Shown: in pieces, positions 1-10,394 of the stretch
Numbering within the stretch: position 1 is the stretch's first letter
How the letters are laid out: every line of letters begins with the position of its first letter
Source: a virus
Lineage: Duplodnaviria; Caudoviricetes
IMG/VR virus record: IMGVR_UViG_3300011008_000021
Coordinates: 36,765-100,764 of that record
Strand: one strand, 5' to 3'
Length of the DNA stretch: 64,000 nucleotides
Made by a program: the position numbers and the translations under genes
The notes under the pieces: model-generated
Told to the model about the DNA's origin: nothing
Databases searched by the model: none
Seen by the model: the letters and a program-made list of their open reading frames with translations, nothing else

Positions 1-111
1 ATCCCATCTTGAGGTAAGTACCTTTGCTAAGTCAAGTAATTCAGGAAATATTGTCTGAAAATCTTTACTTGTATATGAAGTTGATTGAATAGGATTTAAA
101 ACATCACTCAT
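1..111 (-). CDS. N-terminus of baseplate wedge protein (T4 gp6 / baseplate J-like), runs off the window edge
   Basis: Manual translation MSDVLNPIQSTSYTSKDFQTIFPELLDLAKVLTSRWD; YTSKDF motif typical of gp6-like N-termini; directly follows gp25-like gene. Confidence 0.6.
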   Translation of the reverse strand, partial: MSDVLNPIQSTSYTSKDFQTIFPELLDLAKVLTSRWD

Positions 112-159
112 TATTTATTTACCCTAATAAAATTATACTATATACAATATATACAATAT

Positions 160-543
160 TTACAACTCATTTATCTGGTCTTCACCAGTCATTAATTTAA
201 TACTATACATGTTTGTTGTTAAATCTAATGAATTTGTTGCTTTTATTTCTACAAATAAAGCTGTTCCGTTTCTTGATACCTTTATATCATTTCTTGTCAA
301 TTTCAATTGTGGCATGAATTGTAGAATTGCTGTATATATTTCATCAATTACTATATCATTTAATGCTGAGTTATTTTGGGCATAAAATAACTCCATTAAT
401 CTTGTTCCAAAATATGGATCTCCAAATAAAGAATTCTTCGATGATTTTAAAAGTAATGTTAAATTACTTAGAGTTGCTTTTTTATCGTCAACTGTTAATG
501 TCCTTGAATTACTGAACATAACAGGATATGCTAATGATCTCAT
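160..543 (-). CDS. Baseplate wedge protein, gp25-like
   Basis: 127 aa; LFGDPYFGTRL motif matches gp25/GPW pattern; baseplate context. Confidence 0.8.
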   Translation of the reverse strand: MRSLAYPVMFSNSRTLTVDDKKATLSNLTLLLKSSKNSLFGDPYFGTRLMELFYAQNNSALNDIVIDEIYTAILQFMPQLKLTRNDIKVSRNGTALFVEIKATNSLDLTTNMYSIKLMTGEDQINEL

Positions 544-598
544 CTTTACACCTGATTTCGTTTATTTCAAATGAAAAATTATACAGTATCTTTTTTCG

Positions 599-1015
599 TT
601 ATTCTTCCATTAACCCATCTAATATATTATTTATTTCAGAAACATTCTGTATTATCTGTGGTAATGAATTTAAACTCTTTTTTGTATTTCCAATCTTTGT
701 TGAATCAGGTAGAGAGGCATCTGAATCGGCAGATATGGAACTACATCTTATATCTATTGTGGATTCACTATTCTTTTTTGAATAAAGTAGACCTATAATA
801 ACTGGTGTTCCTAATTCATCATTTTCAAAATCAACCCATACAACATCACCTACCTGATAAGAAGGACTTATACCGGGCATCGTACATACAGGTGCTATAG
901 GTAATTGATCTTTAGGTACTGCACCAGGAGTATTTTCTATTCTATGATATATGGGTATTCTTATCTTGTAAGAATACCCATTATCTTCAATTGATTCTAT
1001 AAATGCTTTAACCAT
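599..1015 (-). CDS. Baseplate spike/gp5-like OB-fold protein
   Basis: KIRIP...PSYQVGDVVWVDFE...PVIIG matches gpV/gp5 N-terminal OB-fold pattern. Confidence 0.7.
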   Translation of the reverse strand: MVKAFIESIEDNGYSYKIRIPIYHRIENTPGAVPKDQLPIAPVCTMPGISPSYQVGDVVWVDFENDELGTPVIIGLLYSKKNSESTIDIRCSSISADSDASLPDSTKIGNTKKSLNSLPQIIQNVSEINNILDGLMEE

Positions 1016-1017
1016 GA

Positions 1018-3972
1018 TTAAAATTTTACTCCAAATGGATCATAAGCTGTATTTCCACCTGGAAAACCTATGAACTTATATTTAGATCCCATAGTGTTAT
1101 AAACTATTGTAACATTAGGAATCCAAATAGAAGAATTATTTTTATTCTTTATTGTTGCTTTATCTGATATAACTGTATCATAAACAAGCAATTCTTTTAT
1201 ATCAGATACTGAATCATGCTCATTTGCGTTAGTCCATCTATTCCCATTAACAATTATATCTTTAACTAAATCAAAATGTTCTTTAGTTAAGGTATAACCA
1301 TCGATGTCGGCACCAATGTAAGCTGAATTTTTTACAAATTTCTTTGTTCTGGAAGCAAACCAACTACTATTAATAAAATCGTAAGGATTTGAATAAGATT
1401 TACTTTCATCTGTTAAATTAGCGATCAGTGATGCTTCCCAAGCTACACCAACCATTCCAGATCCTTGTTCCGCAATACATCCAGCAGCTATTCCTAAAAT
1501 CTGAGAATCTGATACTTGATAAGATCTTCCTTTTGATTTATTATTAGCATAAGAAGTAGAAGAATTTAAACCATAATTAACTGAATCATTTGATAACATG
1601 TCATCAGTGGTTGGGAAAATCTGTCCAGTATATCCTTCAAGATTATATGTATCATAATTTCTAGCACTTGAATATTTGGTAGTTACTTCGTCATAGCTTG
1701 GTAAAGTTGAATTCGAATTACCTGTTCGAGTAACATTAACAGCAACTGGAAGATTAGAGGTAACTTGCGTTTTAGTTTTTACAATGTAATCATTGTCTCC
1801 AGCAATTCTTAATAATGATAGTTTGGTTCTATATCCACTACCATCAATAGTATCAACTTGCTTTGTTATTACATACAACCCACTTGAAATATGACGCTGT
1901 CCAAAAAACAAAGCATTAACTCTAAGATATGTCATAAGCATTGCTGGTCTAACTAATCCTTTAATTCCTAATTCTGCATTAATAGGAAATTGAGTCATCT
2001 TAGTCCACCAAGTTTTTTGAGCTTCAGTCATTTCTTTATTCTTGGTTGAAGTTGCAACTGCTGGTGAATATTTTGTTATTAATTGACCTTCATTATTAAT
2101 TGAGTAAGCATATTCAGTATTATTTATTTTTTCTGAATAATTATATAAGAGTGCCCACGAACTATTATTAACAATATTAAAACTTGTTACGAGATTATCA
2201 GTTGGGTATCCAATATCTACTTCATATGTGTCTGCTGTTGCAAGTGTCTTAGTTGTACTGCTAACCTTAGTTACCCTAAAATATGGTCCGTTTAATTCAT
2301 TTTCTCCAAAAACATCATCATGAATTGTAAGATAATAAGCGGAATCTTTCAATGGACTTTCAGGGTCACTTGTATTAGAACACATGCATGTAACAAGATA
2401 ATTTAAATATGATAGAGCATCCATTCCTTGTTTAGCTTCAATTTTAACAGATCTATCATCTGTTGCAATTAAGTTCAACATCCTTACTCTTGTCATATTT
2501 GACATTCCAGTAAATATATCTTGCAATCCATATTGACTATCTTGTAACATTTGATAAATAACATCGGATGGTTTAGCAACTCTTTCTGGAAATGGAAAAT
2601 ATCCACTTGCTAGAACTAATGAATTACTTGTACATTTTAATGTATATGTAATTCTTGAATTTGAAAAATCTACACTCTCTGCTAAATCAGTAATAATTGC
2701 TTCTTCTTCTTTATATACAAAAGTTGGCGAAGACCAGTCACCGTAACTTATTTTAACAGCACCATAACCTACTGTACTGAATATTCTATCTAATAGATTT
2801 GGATCATCTCCAGCTTGTATTTGATAAATAAGATTTATTGTATATTGATTAACTTGACCGTTGATCTTCTCTACAGTCATTGATTGAATGTAATTTGGAT
2901 AATTTACATTAAGTCTTGTATCAATGAGTTGTTTTGAATATGTTCCAAATTTATAATCACCTACAGTTAAGATAATATATGGAGATTCAACTAAACTTGG
3001 ATAACTTAATAGGTTTGCAGATCTTACTCTATCTAAATTAGTTTCATCAACAGTTCTAATCTCATCACGTTCAATTTCTGTTGTAACTGTCTGATATGCT
3101 AATTCAAATGTGGCATCTAAAAATCCACCATTAAAATGTTCTCCGATAGCCGATAGTACAGATGGGATATCTGTAAGTGCTTTGCCAAAGGCGTTAGCAG
3201 AATCAATAAATTCTTGAATTGGAGCAATTAATCCACTAAAAGCTCCGCCGATAGCAGATCCAATACCTCCTAATGTATCAGTAACACCATTCCATATAGT
3301 AGATGCTGCTCCTTTTATATTTTGTGCTAAACCTTCAACTGAAAAACCTTCTGCAATACTATCAGACTCTAAAACACTTCCACCTGTATAAGGTGTTAAA
3401 GATCCAGTTCCAGTATATTTAGGTCTTCCAAACCAAGAAATATTTCCATTCTCATCTTTATGTGGTGTAGAAACTGTTATTCTATGACTCTTTGTATAAA
3501 CTCCATCTCCATTCCAGTCTGAACCGGAACTTCCTTGTGGTGAGGTGTTTCCTTCTATTGTATTTATCGCAATAGTAGATCTATCAGAACTAAGAGACGC
3601 ACTAATGATAATTCCAACATGACCTCCACCAGATCTTTTTCTCCACCAGATATCTCCTGGTTGAGGACTATCAACTATCTGACCAGCATTCTGGAAAGAG
3701 TCTTTCTGAGACATGGTTGATGATGTAGTTGAATTATTACATAAAAGATAGGATGCACCTTCTTTTCCATAAGCTTGAATAAAACACCAATCAACAAAAG
3801 TTTGACACCATGCATCACCAAAAGAATGACCCATATCTCTATGATATTTGGTATAATTACCACTTCCAGTATTAGCATGTTTATCATCAAGTTGTGAATT
3901 AGAAGATTTTTCTTGATATCCAACTTCACCTTGTGCAACTGTTAGAACTGACTGTACTAAATATTGAGCCAT
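1018..3972 (-). CDS. Baseplate hub / tail-associated lysin with N-terminal CHAP domain
   Basis: WCQTFVDWCF...GHVGII...IEGNT CHAP Cys/His motif; central gp27/GpD-like region ending SGLYVITKQVDTIDGSGYRTKLSLLR; extra C-terminal domain. Confidence 0.75.
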   Translation of the reverse strand: MAQYLVQSVLTVAQGEVGYQEKSSNSQLDDKHANTGSGNYTKYHRDMGHSFGDAWCQTFVDWCFIQAYGKEGASYLLCNNSTTSSTMSQKDSFQNAGQIVDSPQPGDIWWRKRSGGGHVGIIISASLSSDRSTIAINTIEGNTSPQGSSGSDWNGDGVYTKSHRITVSTPHKDENGNISWFGRPKYTGTGSLTPYTGGSVLESDSIAEGFSVEGLAQNIKGAASTIWNGVTDTLGGIGSAIGGAFSGLIAPIQEFIDSANAFGKALTDIPSVLSAIGEHFNGGFLDATFELAYQTVTTEIERDEIRTVDETNLDRVRSANLLSYPSLVESPYIILTVGDYKFGTYSKQLIDTRLNVNYPNYIQSMTVEKINGQVNQYTINLIYQIQAGDDPNLLDRIFSTVGYGAVKISYGDWSSPTFVYKEEEAIITDLAESVDFSNSRITYTLKCTSNSLVLASGYFPFPERVAKPSDVIYQMLQDSQYGLQDIFTGMSNMTRVRMLNLIATDDRSVKIEAKQGMDALSYLNYLVTCMCSNTSDPESPLKDSAYYLTIHDDVFGENELNGPYFRVTKVSSTTKTLATADTYEVDIGYPTDNLVTSFNIVNNSSWALLYNYSEKINNTEYAYSINNEGQLITKYSPAVATSTKNKEMTEAQKTWWTKMTQFPINAELGIKGLVRPAMLMTYLRVNALFFGQRHISSGLYVITKQVDTIDGSGYRTKLSLLRIAGDNDYIVKTKTQVTSNLPVAVNVTRTGNSNSTLPSYDEVTTKYSSARNYDTYNLEGYTGQIFPTTDDMLSNDSVNYGLNSSTSYANNKSKGRSYQVSDSQILGIAAGCIAEQGSGMVGVAWEASLIANLTDESKSYSNPYDFINSSWFASRTKKFVKNSAYIGADIDGYTLTKEHFDLVKDIIVNGNRWTNANEHDSVSDIKELLVYDTVISDKATIKNKNNSSIWIPNVTIVYNTMGSKYKFIGFPGGNTAYDPFGVKF

Positions 3973-3974
3973 TT

Positions 3975-4292
3975 TTATTCCTTATAATCTATCAATGAAA
4001 GTATTGGTAACTTTATATAACTACCTACTCTTAATTCTTTAAATGGATCTTGAATTCTATTAAAATCACAAATTACCCAATAATAAGTAGGATCGTTATA
4101 ACAATCTAACGCAATACTATCAATCGTATCATTTTTCTTAATTCTATATAATTGATATGCGGTGTTATTCTTAAGATGATTTGTTGTACCATACATATAT
4201 TTATTATCCAAAGTATTATAATAAAATGGAAAATTCGCATATCTACTTAATCTATTATATGCTCTTAATTGTTTATCTTTTAATACATCCAT
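3975..4292 (-). CDS. LysM-containing baseplate protein (gp53/GpX-like)
   Basis: YRIKKNDTIDSIALDCYNDPTYYWVICDFNRIQDPF..L..G..IKLP. Confidence 0.8.
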   Translation of the reverse strand: MDVLKDKQLRAYNRLSRYANFPFYYNTLDNKYMYGTTNHLKNNTAYQLYRIKKNDTIDSIALDCYNDPTYYWVICDFNRIQDPFKELRVGSYIKLPILSLIDYKE

Positions 4293-4984
4293 TATCTTAT
4301 ACCAAACAAATCATTAATTCTATTAAGACTTGTACCTGTCAATGTTGATGATGTAGCAGGTGCCCAAGAATTTCTATCTCCAAGATCCATACTAAGTCCT
4401 CTAAAACTTCCGTATTTCATAACATCATCTGCACTGTATGGCGCAACTTCTAATAAACCAAAATCAATTGCTACTCCAGCATATTTCTTACTTGACAAAA
4501 TTGGATAAGAATATGTTACACCAACATTACCATTTACAACACCTTTAATGAAGATATCGTTACCTAATCTTAAAGAAACTAATGGAGGGTTTACCATCTT
4601 ACCTGTAGTGCTATATGATGGAAGTGCTGCAGCCTGAATTTCTCTTGCCATTATATCAACATAATCATCTCCGTCTTCTCCTGATATTGGAAGATTACTC
4701 TGCTTATAATTTAACTGCCACATCATATCTCTATGAAGATCAAAATGAACCTGAACAGTTCTTGGTCCTGAATTTTGATATGAATAAATTGGAGCTGACC
4801 TTGATAATGGTGTTGATTGTGCAAAAGATATTGAAATAGAATCATTTACACTATCTGCATATGAAGGAAGTAAAATTAGAACACCATTTGTTCCTTTTAT
4901 GTTTTTAACATGATGTAAAAATATATAACATTCAGGATCGGGTAATAAATAATTATGATTTACTGCATATGTTTCATTTGCCAT
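4292..4984 (-). CDS. Tail tube initiator / baseplate protein
   Basis: RSAPIYSYQNSGPRTV and PPLVSLRLG motifs typical of tube-initiator proteins; position between tape measure and LysM gene. Confidence 0.6.
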   Translation of the reverse strand: MANETYAVNHNYLLPDPECYIFLHHVKNIKGTNGVLILLPSYADSVNDSISISFAQSTPLSRSAPIYSYQNSGPRTVQVHFDLHRDMMWQLNYKQSNLPISGEDGDDYVDIMAREIQAAALPSYSTTGKMVNPPLVSLRLGNDIFIKGVVNGNVGVTYSYPILSSKKYAGVAIDFGLLEVAPYSADDVMKYGSFRGLSMDLGDRNSWAPATSSTLTGTSLNRINDLFGIR

Positions 4985-4990
4985 ATCTTA

Positions 4991-6430
4991 TCACCTGCTA
5001 TATCCATTAAATATCTGTTTCATTAATAATTTTTCTGTGTCTTTATCCACGAAACCATTTAAGTCTAAATTCTTAGTACCTTTTGCTGATGTGCTAAAAT
5101 CATACAACATTGATCTTAAATAATTATTCCAAACACCTGGAGTATAACTATCTGCATTTAAGTAAGGTAGCAATTCTTGTACTAATTCAACATTTTCATA
5201 TATAACATCATGAGTATTAATAACATTCCATAAAAGATACTCTATTAATCTATTGCTATATACGAAGTTCATTCTTGAATTAAATTGAAGTAAACTTAAA
5301 TTTGAACAGAAAATTTTATTTAGTTCGTAATCGTGTAATTGCCATATTTCTGAATTATTTACAATCTTCTTACTATATGTATCTGAATACTCACCTTCTA
5401 AAATAACTATCGAAGAATTAAAAGATGAAGGTACCTGAATTAATAAACATAGATTTCTTTCATACTGTTGAAAATATGCACAATCAATTAAAGAAGAAGA
5501 AAAATTATTTCCAGTTGAGGTATTCTGAACTTCAAATACAATAGGAGATTTAAAACTTGTTGAACTATAATTCTGAATATAATCTCCATAAGAATGAAGC
5601 ACATCTGTCATTGCAATATCATCTTCAAAATCTTGTTTAAAAACAAGTGGAATTTCATTATTAAATAATGCAGGACACAACCACACCTCTGAAGGACAGT
5701 CAAGTGCTATTGTATATTTTTGATTATATTTAATCGGAACTTTTAATATTTTAAAAGTATTTGTATAATATTCTTCAAATCCATCATCAGAAATTCTAAA
5801 ATTAGTAATATAATTATCACTGTACATATTATAATATGGCATTAAATCAATACCTTTTACATCTCTTAAACATCTTAAAAATTTTCCAAGATATTCATGA
5901 GTTTCCATATCGTAATATCCAGAATTAGATTCATAGTTTTCAGTATATTTATTATAAAGTTGACCAAACTCATATGATCTTAATACTCTGTATGATGCGG
6001 TTTGATCTTGATATTCTTCGAACGAATCCTCAAGTATTAAATTACCAGAATCATTAATATTAAAGTTATACCTTTCCATTAATACTTCATCTGTTTCTAT
6101 TAAATCTCCAGGATCTTCTATACTGAAAGAATAATTCTGATACAGTTCACCCTCTTCGTTAGCTGTAGTCTGAATTAGATGCCCATCACTATTTATATTA
6201 AATCTAAAATTATCTAATATTTCACTTGTTCCATAAATCTGAGGTTGTGTATATTTACCACCTATGTAGCCTGTCTTAGTACATTTAATTACATTGGTTT
6301 CATACACATAAATAAAACCTTCAATAATAAAAGAACCGATATGAACAGTATTACATATAGGTAGATATGTATTCTTAAGTAAATTTTTTATAAATTTACT
6401 CATTATTGAATTATTAAAATATTTCTGCAT
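4991..6430 (-). CDS. Virion structural protein, unknown function
   Basis: 479-aa ORF in tail module; three FxIxxxGxLI repeats. Confidence 0.5.
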   Translation of the reverse strand: MQKYFNNSIMSKFIKNLLKNTYLPICNTVHIGSFIIEGFIYVYETNVIKCTKTGYIGGKYTQPQIYGTSEILDNFRFNINSDGHLIQTTANEEGELYQNYSFSIEDPGDLIETDEVLMERYNFNINDSGNLILEDSFEEYQDQTASYRVLRSYEFGQLYNKYTENYESNSGYYDMETHEYLGKFLRCLRDVKGIDLMPYYNMYSDNYITNFRISDDGFEEYYTNTFKILKVPIKYNQKYTIALDCPSEVWLCPALFNNEIPLVFKQDFEDDIAMTDVLHSYGDYIQNYSSTSFKSPIVFEVQNTSTGNNFSSSLIDCAYFQQYERNLCLLIQVPSSFNSSIVILEGEYSDTYSKKIVNNSEIWQLHDYELNKIFCSNLSLLQFNSRMNFVYSNRLIEYLLWNVINTHDVIYENVELVQELLPYLNADSYTPGVWNNYLRSMLYDFSTSAKGTKNLDLNGFVDKDTEKLLMKQIFNGYSR

Positions 6431-9120
6431 TATGCATTCCTCATACTACTCATACCAGAAAAAACATCACCACTGACTGAAACATCCATAGTTGAGTAAA
6501 CTCTGTCTCTAATAGATTCAAGAGTTGCAATATGTAGATCAAGCTGACCTTGTTCCTCTACTTTTGCTAGAGACACTCTAATTGGAGTTGTCTGTTTTTC
6601 AAATAACTCTGAATACAAATCATTTATATCTCTTGAAAGTACATTTTCTTGAGACATAACATTCTGAGCAGTTGCTGATTGATATTCATCTTGTTGTTGG
6701 AAAGTGGTTAAATTAGCATCAGAAGCTGTAGTAGAGATAATATCTGAATCAACATTATCTAATCCAAGAACTTCGAAACTTCTTGCACGACCACCGTGAA
6801 CTCCTCCACCAACACTATTATAAACAGTTGAGGCTCCTCCATCGTGTCCTTCATAAACGCTTGAATCAATATCGTCTACTGATAGACCAACAAAATAATC
6901 CTCTTCCTCTTCTGGGAAGACATTTTCTAATCTGTAAAGATTAGAAGATTCTGACATTCCATATTGAACATCTTCTGTGGTATTTGAAGAGGAAACATTT
7001 GAATATGATGATCCGCCTCTTGTAAGAACTGTTTGATAATTTGAAAAAACATTACCAAGTGAAGAATCTCCAGACCTTAATATCTCCCAAAGATTAGCTG
7101 GAATACTGAACAAATCATCTTTAAACATTACAAGAGAAGCTACACCTGAAATTAAATTTAAAAGAGTGCTTTCTCCAAGAAACTGTTCTCCAATTCCTTT
7201 TAAGGTGCTAACCAATTTCCATGCCGCATACTTTTCTTGATCATCTGCTATACCCATAGCAAAAGAAAAAACTGCATTATCAAGTGCTGTTTGAACTTGT
7301 TCTGATAAATGATATCTTGTAGGTAATATATTAGTCATGATATTATTTATCTCAGTTTCAGCTCCTTGTTGAGTAACAGCAGCATTATATAAATTAGAAA
7401 TATCTTCCATTGTTAGATTAGTTATTGCCTTCCAATCAGACATTTCTAAATTAAGTATATCACCCCATTGAGATTTTACAACCTGACTACTTGTATTAGT
7501 AGCAATATCTTGTAAATACTCAACCATTGATTTCATTAATTTATTAACATCGTCTGCTACTAATCCTGTTGTCAATATATTAGAATAACTTATACCAGCT
7601 CTGTTTGCAGCTAATGCTAAAAGTGTCTGTGCCTGGGAACCATTAAGTTGATTTATATCTCCAGTACCCAATAAATTAACAGCATTAGCAATTCCAGTAA
7701 TTGCATTAGAAGACATACCAACTGAATATAAAGCACCCAACCATTTTTGAACAGCAAAAGCAAATTGAGTTGATTGATCTGTATTTAATTGTGTCGATAA
7801 AGATTCAGAAATTGCTGAATATACGGTATCATATAATCCACTATCGTTTAAATAACTTGAATCTTTAAATACCGTATTTAATAATCTTTGCAACGCTGCT
7901 TCAGAACCCATCTGAGCCAAAGTAACATCAGCTTGTTGCAATCTTATCATTCGTGTTAATGTACTATCTAACGCATCAAATGTTGGTACTAATTTATCAT
8001 TCAAAGTTAATAATAAAGCTCTTTGTTCCAGATTATAATCAATTCCAGATTGAGTAAGTTTAACAACATTTTCAATCATTTGTTTTTGATTAATATAAGG
8101 AGAAGCCTTTATGTCACTTCTGATATTATCTACTAATCCTGTAAATGTGTATCCTTGATCTTCAAGCCCATATAAACGTGCATTTACTTTACCAACATTT
8201 TCAACAAAGATGGATGTTGCCGAATCAACACTTTTATTTAAACCGTCAATAATCTGTGAAGATAATCCAGCAATAGTGCTTATTGCCGAGCTAAGATAAG
8301 AAAACAATCTCATTCTAAAATCAGTATTTCCACCTGATTTTTCAATACTTGAAACTATTTGTCTGGAAATAGGATTTAAAGATTCGTCGATTGTTTCTTT
8401 TAATCTTCTATATTGTTCTTCAGTTATTCTACCTTCGTTCTTTTCTTTATTTAAGATATATAATTGTCTTGAATACTCTTTAAGTTCTCCAGAAGACTTA
8501 TTAAAATTTTCGTTGAAATCTTTTGTTGATTGAACAGGACTGGAAAACAAATTTCTTGCTTCCTTAGCTACTTCTGCTCTCCTTTTTGCAATTGAATATG
8601 ATTTTTCTAATTCTTTGTTATCTTCTTCTATTCTTTGTCTTTCAGTTTCTGTAAGAGAATTACTTTCAAGAAGAAGTTTATTTTGTTGTTGAAGAAGATT
8701 TATTCTTTTTAGTTCTTCTTCAGAACCTTGTATTTTATCTTGAATATTACGTAAACCAAATTCATGAATTTCTTGTTCTCTGTCAACAACCCGTTGAAGA
8801 TTGACAATTCGTTTTCTATCCTCAACTTCTTGTTTTCTAGATTGCTCATCAACAAGATTAATTTCTTCCTGTCTTTGATTTATGATAGAATTCTGTAAAT
8901 TTAATTGAGTTTGCAACAGACGATTTATTTCTTTAAATTCATCAGAATTAGGTTCTAAAGAATTTAATCTTACTTGAAGTTTATCAATCATTTGACTAAC
9001 TTCATCGAACTGTCTTTGATATTTATTTTTTATATTTCCAATATCCCTGTTCCAATTTTCCTGACGTTGCAATTGCTGCCTCGTAGAAATATCAGATAAT
9101 ATATCTTTACTGTAAGGCAT
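6430..9120 (-). CDS. Tape measure protein
   Basis: 896 aa, long coiled-coil/helical; downstream of tail chaperone, upstream of baseplate genes. Confidence 0.7.
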   Translation of the reverse strand: MPYSKDILSDISTRQQLQRQENWNRDIGNIKNKYQRQFDEVSQMIDKLQVRLNSLEPNSDEFKEINRLLQTQLNLQNSIINQRQEEINLVDEQSRKQEVEDRKRIVNLQRVVDREQEIHEFGLRNIQDKIQGSEEELKRINLLQQQNKLLLESNSLTETERQRIEEDNKELEKSYSIAKRRAEVAKEARNLFSSPVQSTKDFNENFNKSSGELKEYSRQLYILNKEKNEGRITEEQYRRLKETIDESLNPISRQIVSSIEKSGGNTDFRMRLFSYLSSAISTIAGLSSQIIDGLNKSVDSATSIFVENVGKVNARLYGLEDQGYTFTGLVDNIRSDIKASPYINQKQMIENVVKLTQSGIDYNLEQRALLLTLNDKLVPTFDALDSTLTRMIRLQQADVTLAQMGSEAALQRLLNTVFKDSSYLNDSGLYDTVYSAISESLSTQLNTDQSTQFAFAVQKWLGALYSVGMSSNAITGIANAVNLLGTGDINQLNGSQAQTLLALAANRAGISYSNILTTGLVADDVNKLMKSMVEYLQDIATNTSSQVVKSQWGDILNLEMSDWKAITNLTMEDISNLYNAAVTQQGAETEINNIMTNILPTRYHLSEQVQTALDNAVFSFAMGIADDQEKYAAWKLVSTLKGIGEQFLGESTLLNLISGVASLVMFKDDLFSIPANLWEILRSGDSSLGNVFSNYQTVLTRGGSSYSNVSSSNTTEDVQYGMSESSNLYRLENVFPEEEEDYFVGLSVDDIDSSVYEGHDGGASTVYNSVGGGVHGGRARSFEVLGLDNVDSDIISTTASDANLTTFQQQDEYQSATAQNVMSQENVLSRDINDLYSELFEKQTTPIRVSLAKVEEQGQLDLHIATLESIRDRVYSTMDVSVSGDVFSGMSSMRNA

Positions 9121-9130
9121 TTATAATCAC

Positions 9131-9406
9131 CTATTTCTTTTGTTGATTTCTTATCTTTTCCATCGCTTCATATTTTTTCTGCAAATCATCTCGTATAAAC
9201 TGAAGAAGAAGAATTCTTTCTGTAGGAGAAATTGAAGCAGTTTCTCCGTAACTTGTATTTATATGAGTTGAAATTAGATATCTTTCCTTAACAATATCTT
9301 TAAAGCGCTCTGGGGCATAAGGTTTATTTTCAGATGTCCAGCGCGGGTCGAAAAAATTCATTAGTAATAGAAAGATTACCTTTATGTTCAAGACCACACA
9401 TATCAC
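9131..9406 (-). CDS. Tail assembly chaperone C-terminal extension (probably expressed by frameshift from 9330..10118)
   Basis: Overlaps the end of the upstream chaperone at TTTTTTCGA; immediately precedes tape measure. Confidence 0.55.
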   Translation of the reverse strand: MICVVLNIKVIFLLLMNFFDPRWTSENKPYAPERFKDIVKERYLISTHINTSYGETASISPTERILLLQFIRDDLQKKYEAMEKIRNQQKK

Positions 9407-10118
9407 AAATAAAATCTAATCTATTATCAATTCCAATCATTGAATTAAGTTTGTCAGAATAATTAGCAATAATGTTAGTATCCTTCATTGGTAAATTTCT
9501 AATGAATTCTTCTAACTTTGCTTCATTTATCTTTTTACCATCAATCTTATCAATGACGCTGCTTATAGAATATATAATTGATGCATCAAGGGTCTTGTCA
9601 CCAGTCTTTCTTTTAAACTCTTTTAATCTATCTCTAATATTATCAAGCATTTTCGGAGTTGTCATTTTCAGTGTTATCTTTTTCTTTGAAACTGGCAAGG
9701 TAACTTCTTTATATTTTTCTACTTCCTCAGAATAATTCTTAACAACTAAATCTTCTAGATTTATCTTGCTTGATTGAGTTGTTCTACAATAAGGACAAGT
9801 TGTCTGAATTGAATATTCTGGTCCATATGTAACAATTCTAAGTTTATATAATAAAAACTGATAGTCTCCTAAGCACATATCATAAGAAGAAATTGGAGGT
9901 CCTTGAACAATACAGTCATCAATAATAGAGCACAAATTCTCATAAGGATGATCTGTTGGGGACAATCTTCTCATTTCTTCCGCAGTTGTCATACTGCGAA
10001 GCTGTACTCGAGAGTCTATCAGTTCCGAATAGACTTTACCTTCACTCGGTAAAGTAAAAAATTCTGCAATTGTGTAATCTTTTTGATTATTCATTCTTAA
10101 CCTCTTAAAATTTATCAT
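9330..10118 (-). CDS. Baseplate hub/tail assembly chaperone (T4 gp26-like)
   Basis: LPSEGKVY..., LRIVTYG, CPYC and CDMC zinc motifs, C-terminal EFFRP. Confidence 0.75.
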   Translation of the reverse strand: MINFKRLRMNNQKDYTIAEFFTLPSEGKVYSELIDSRVQLRSMTTAEEMRRLSPTDHPYENLCSIIDDCIVQGPPISSYDMCLGDYQFLLYKLRIVTYGPEYSIQTTCPYCRTTQSSKINLEDLVVKNYSEEVEKYKEVTLPVSKKKITLKMTTPKMLDNIRDRLKEFKRKTGDKTLDASIIYSISSVIDKIDGKKINEAKLEEFIRNLPMKDTNIIANYSDKLNSMIGIDNRLDFICDMCGLEHKGNLSITNEFFRPALDI

Positions 10119-10205
10119 TATACATATAAATATATATACAATAATATCTGATATTTTATCGTTTGGTTATAAATGAAAAATCAATGAGTTATCTTAATTA
10201 ATTAT

Positions 10206-10394
10206 TTAATAATATATCTTATATTTCTCTTTTTCTTTAAAATATTCTGGACACCCACAACATGATTGCTGAGTTGAAAAATCACACCCGTGTTTTTTAC
10301 AAAATTCTTTCATTGGATTATAATTAGAAATTTGATCTTTTAAATACTCAGTCTTTTCTAGAATATTCTTAATCTGGTTCATCTTGCAATTCAT
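10206..10394 (-). CDS. Small Cys-rich hypothetical protein
   Basis: 62 aa with CKKHGC...CCGC; overlaps the end of the upstream gene. Confidence 0.35.
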   Translation of the reverse strand: MNCKMNQIKNILEKTEYLKDQISNYNPMKEFCKKHGCDFSTQQSCCGCPEYFKEKEKYKIYY

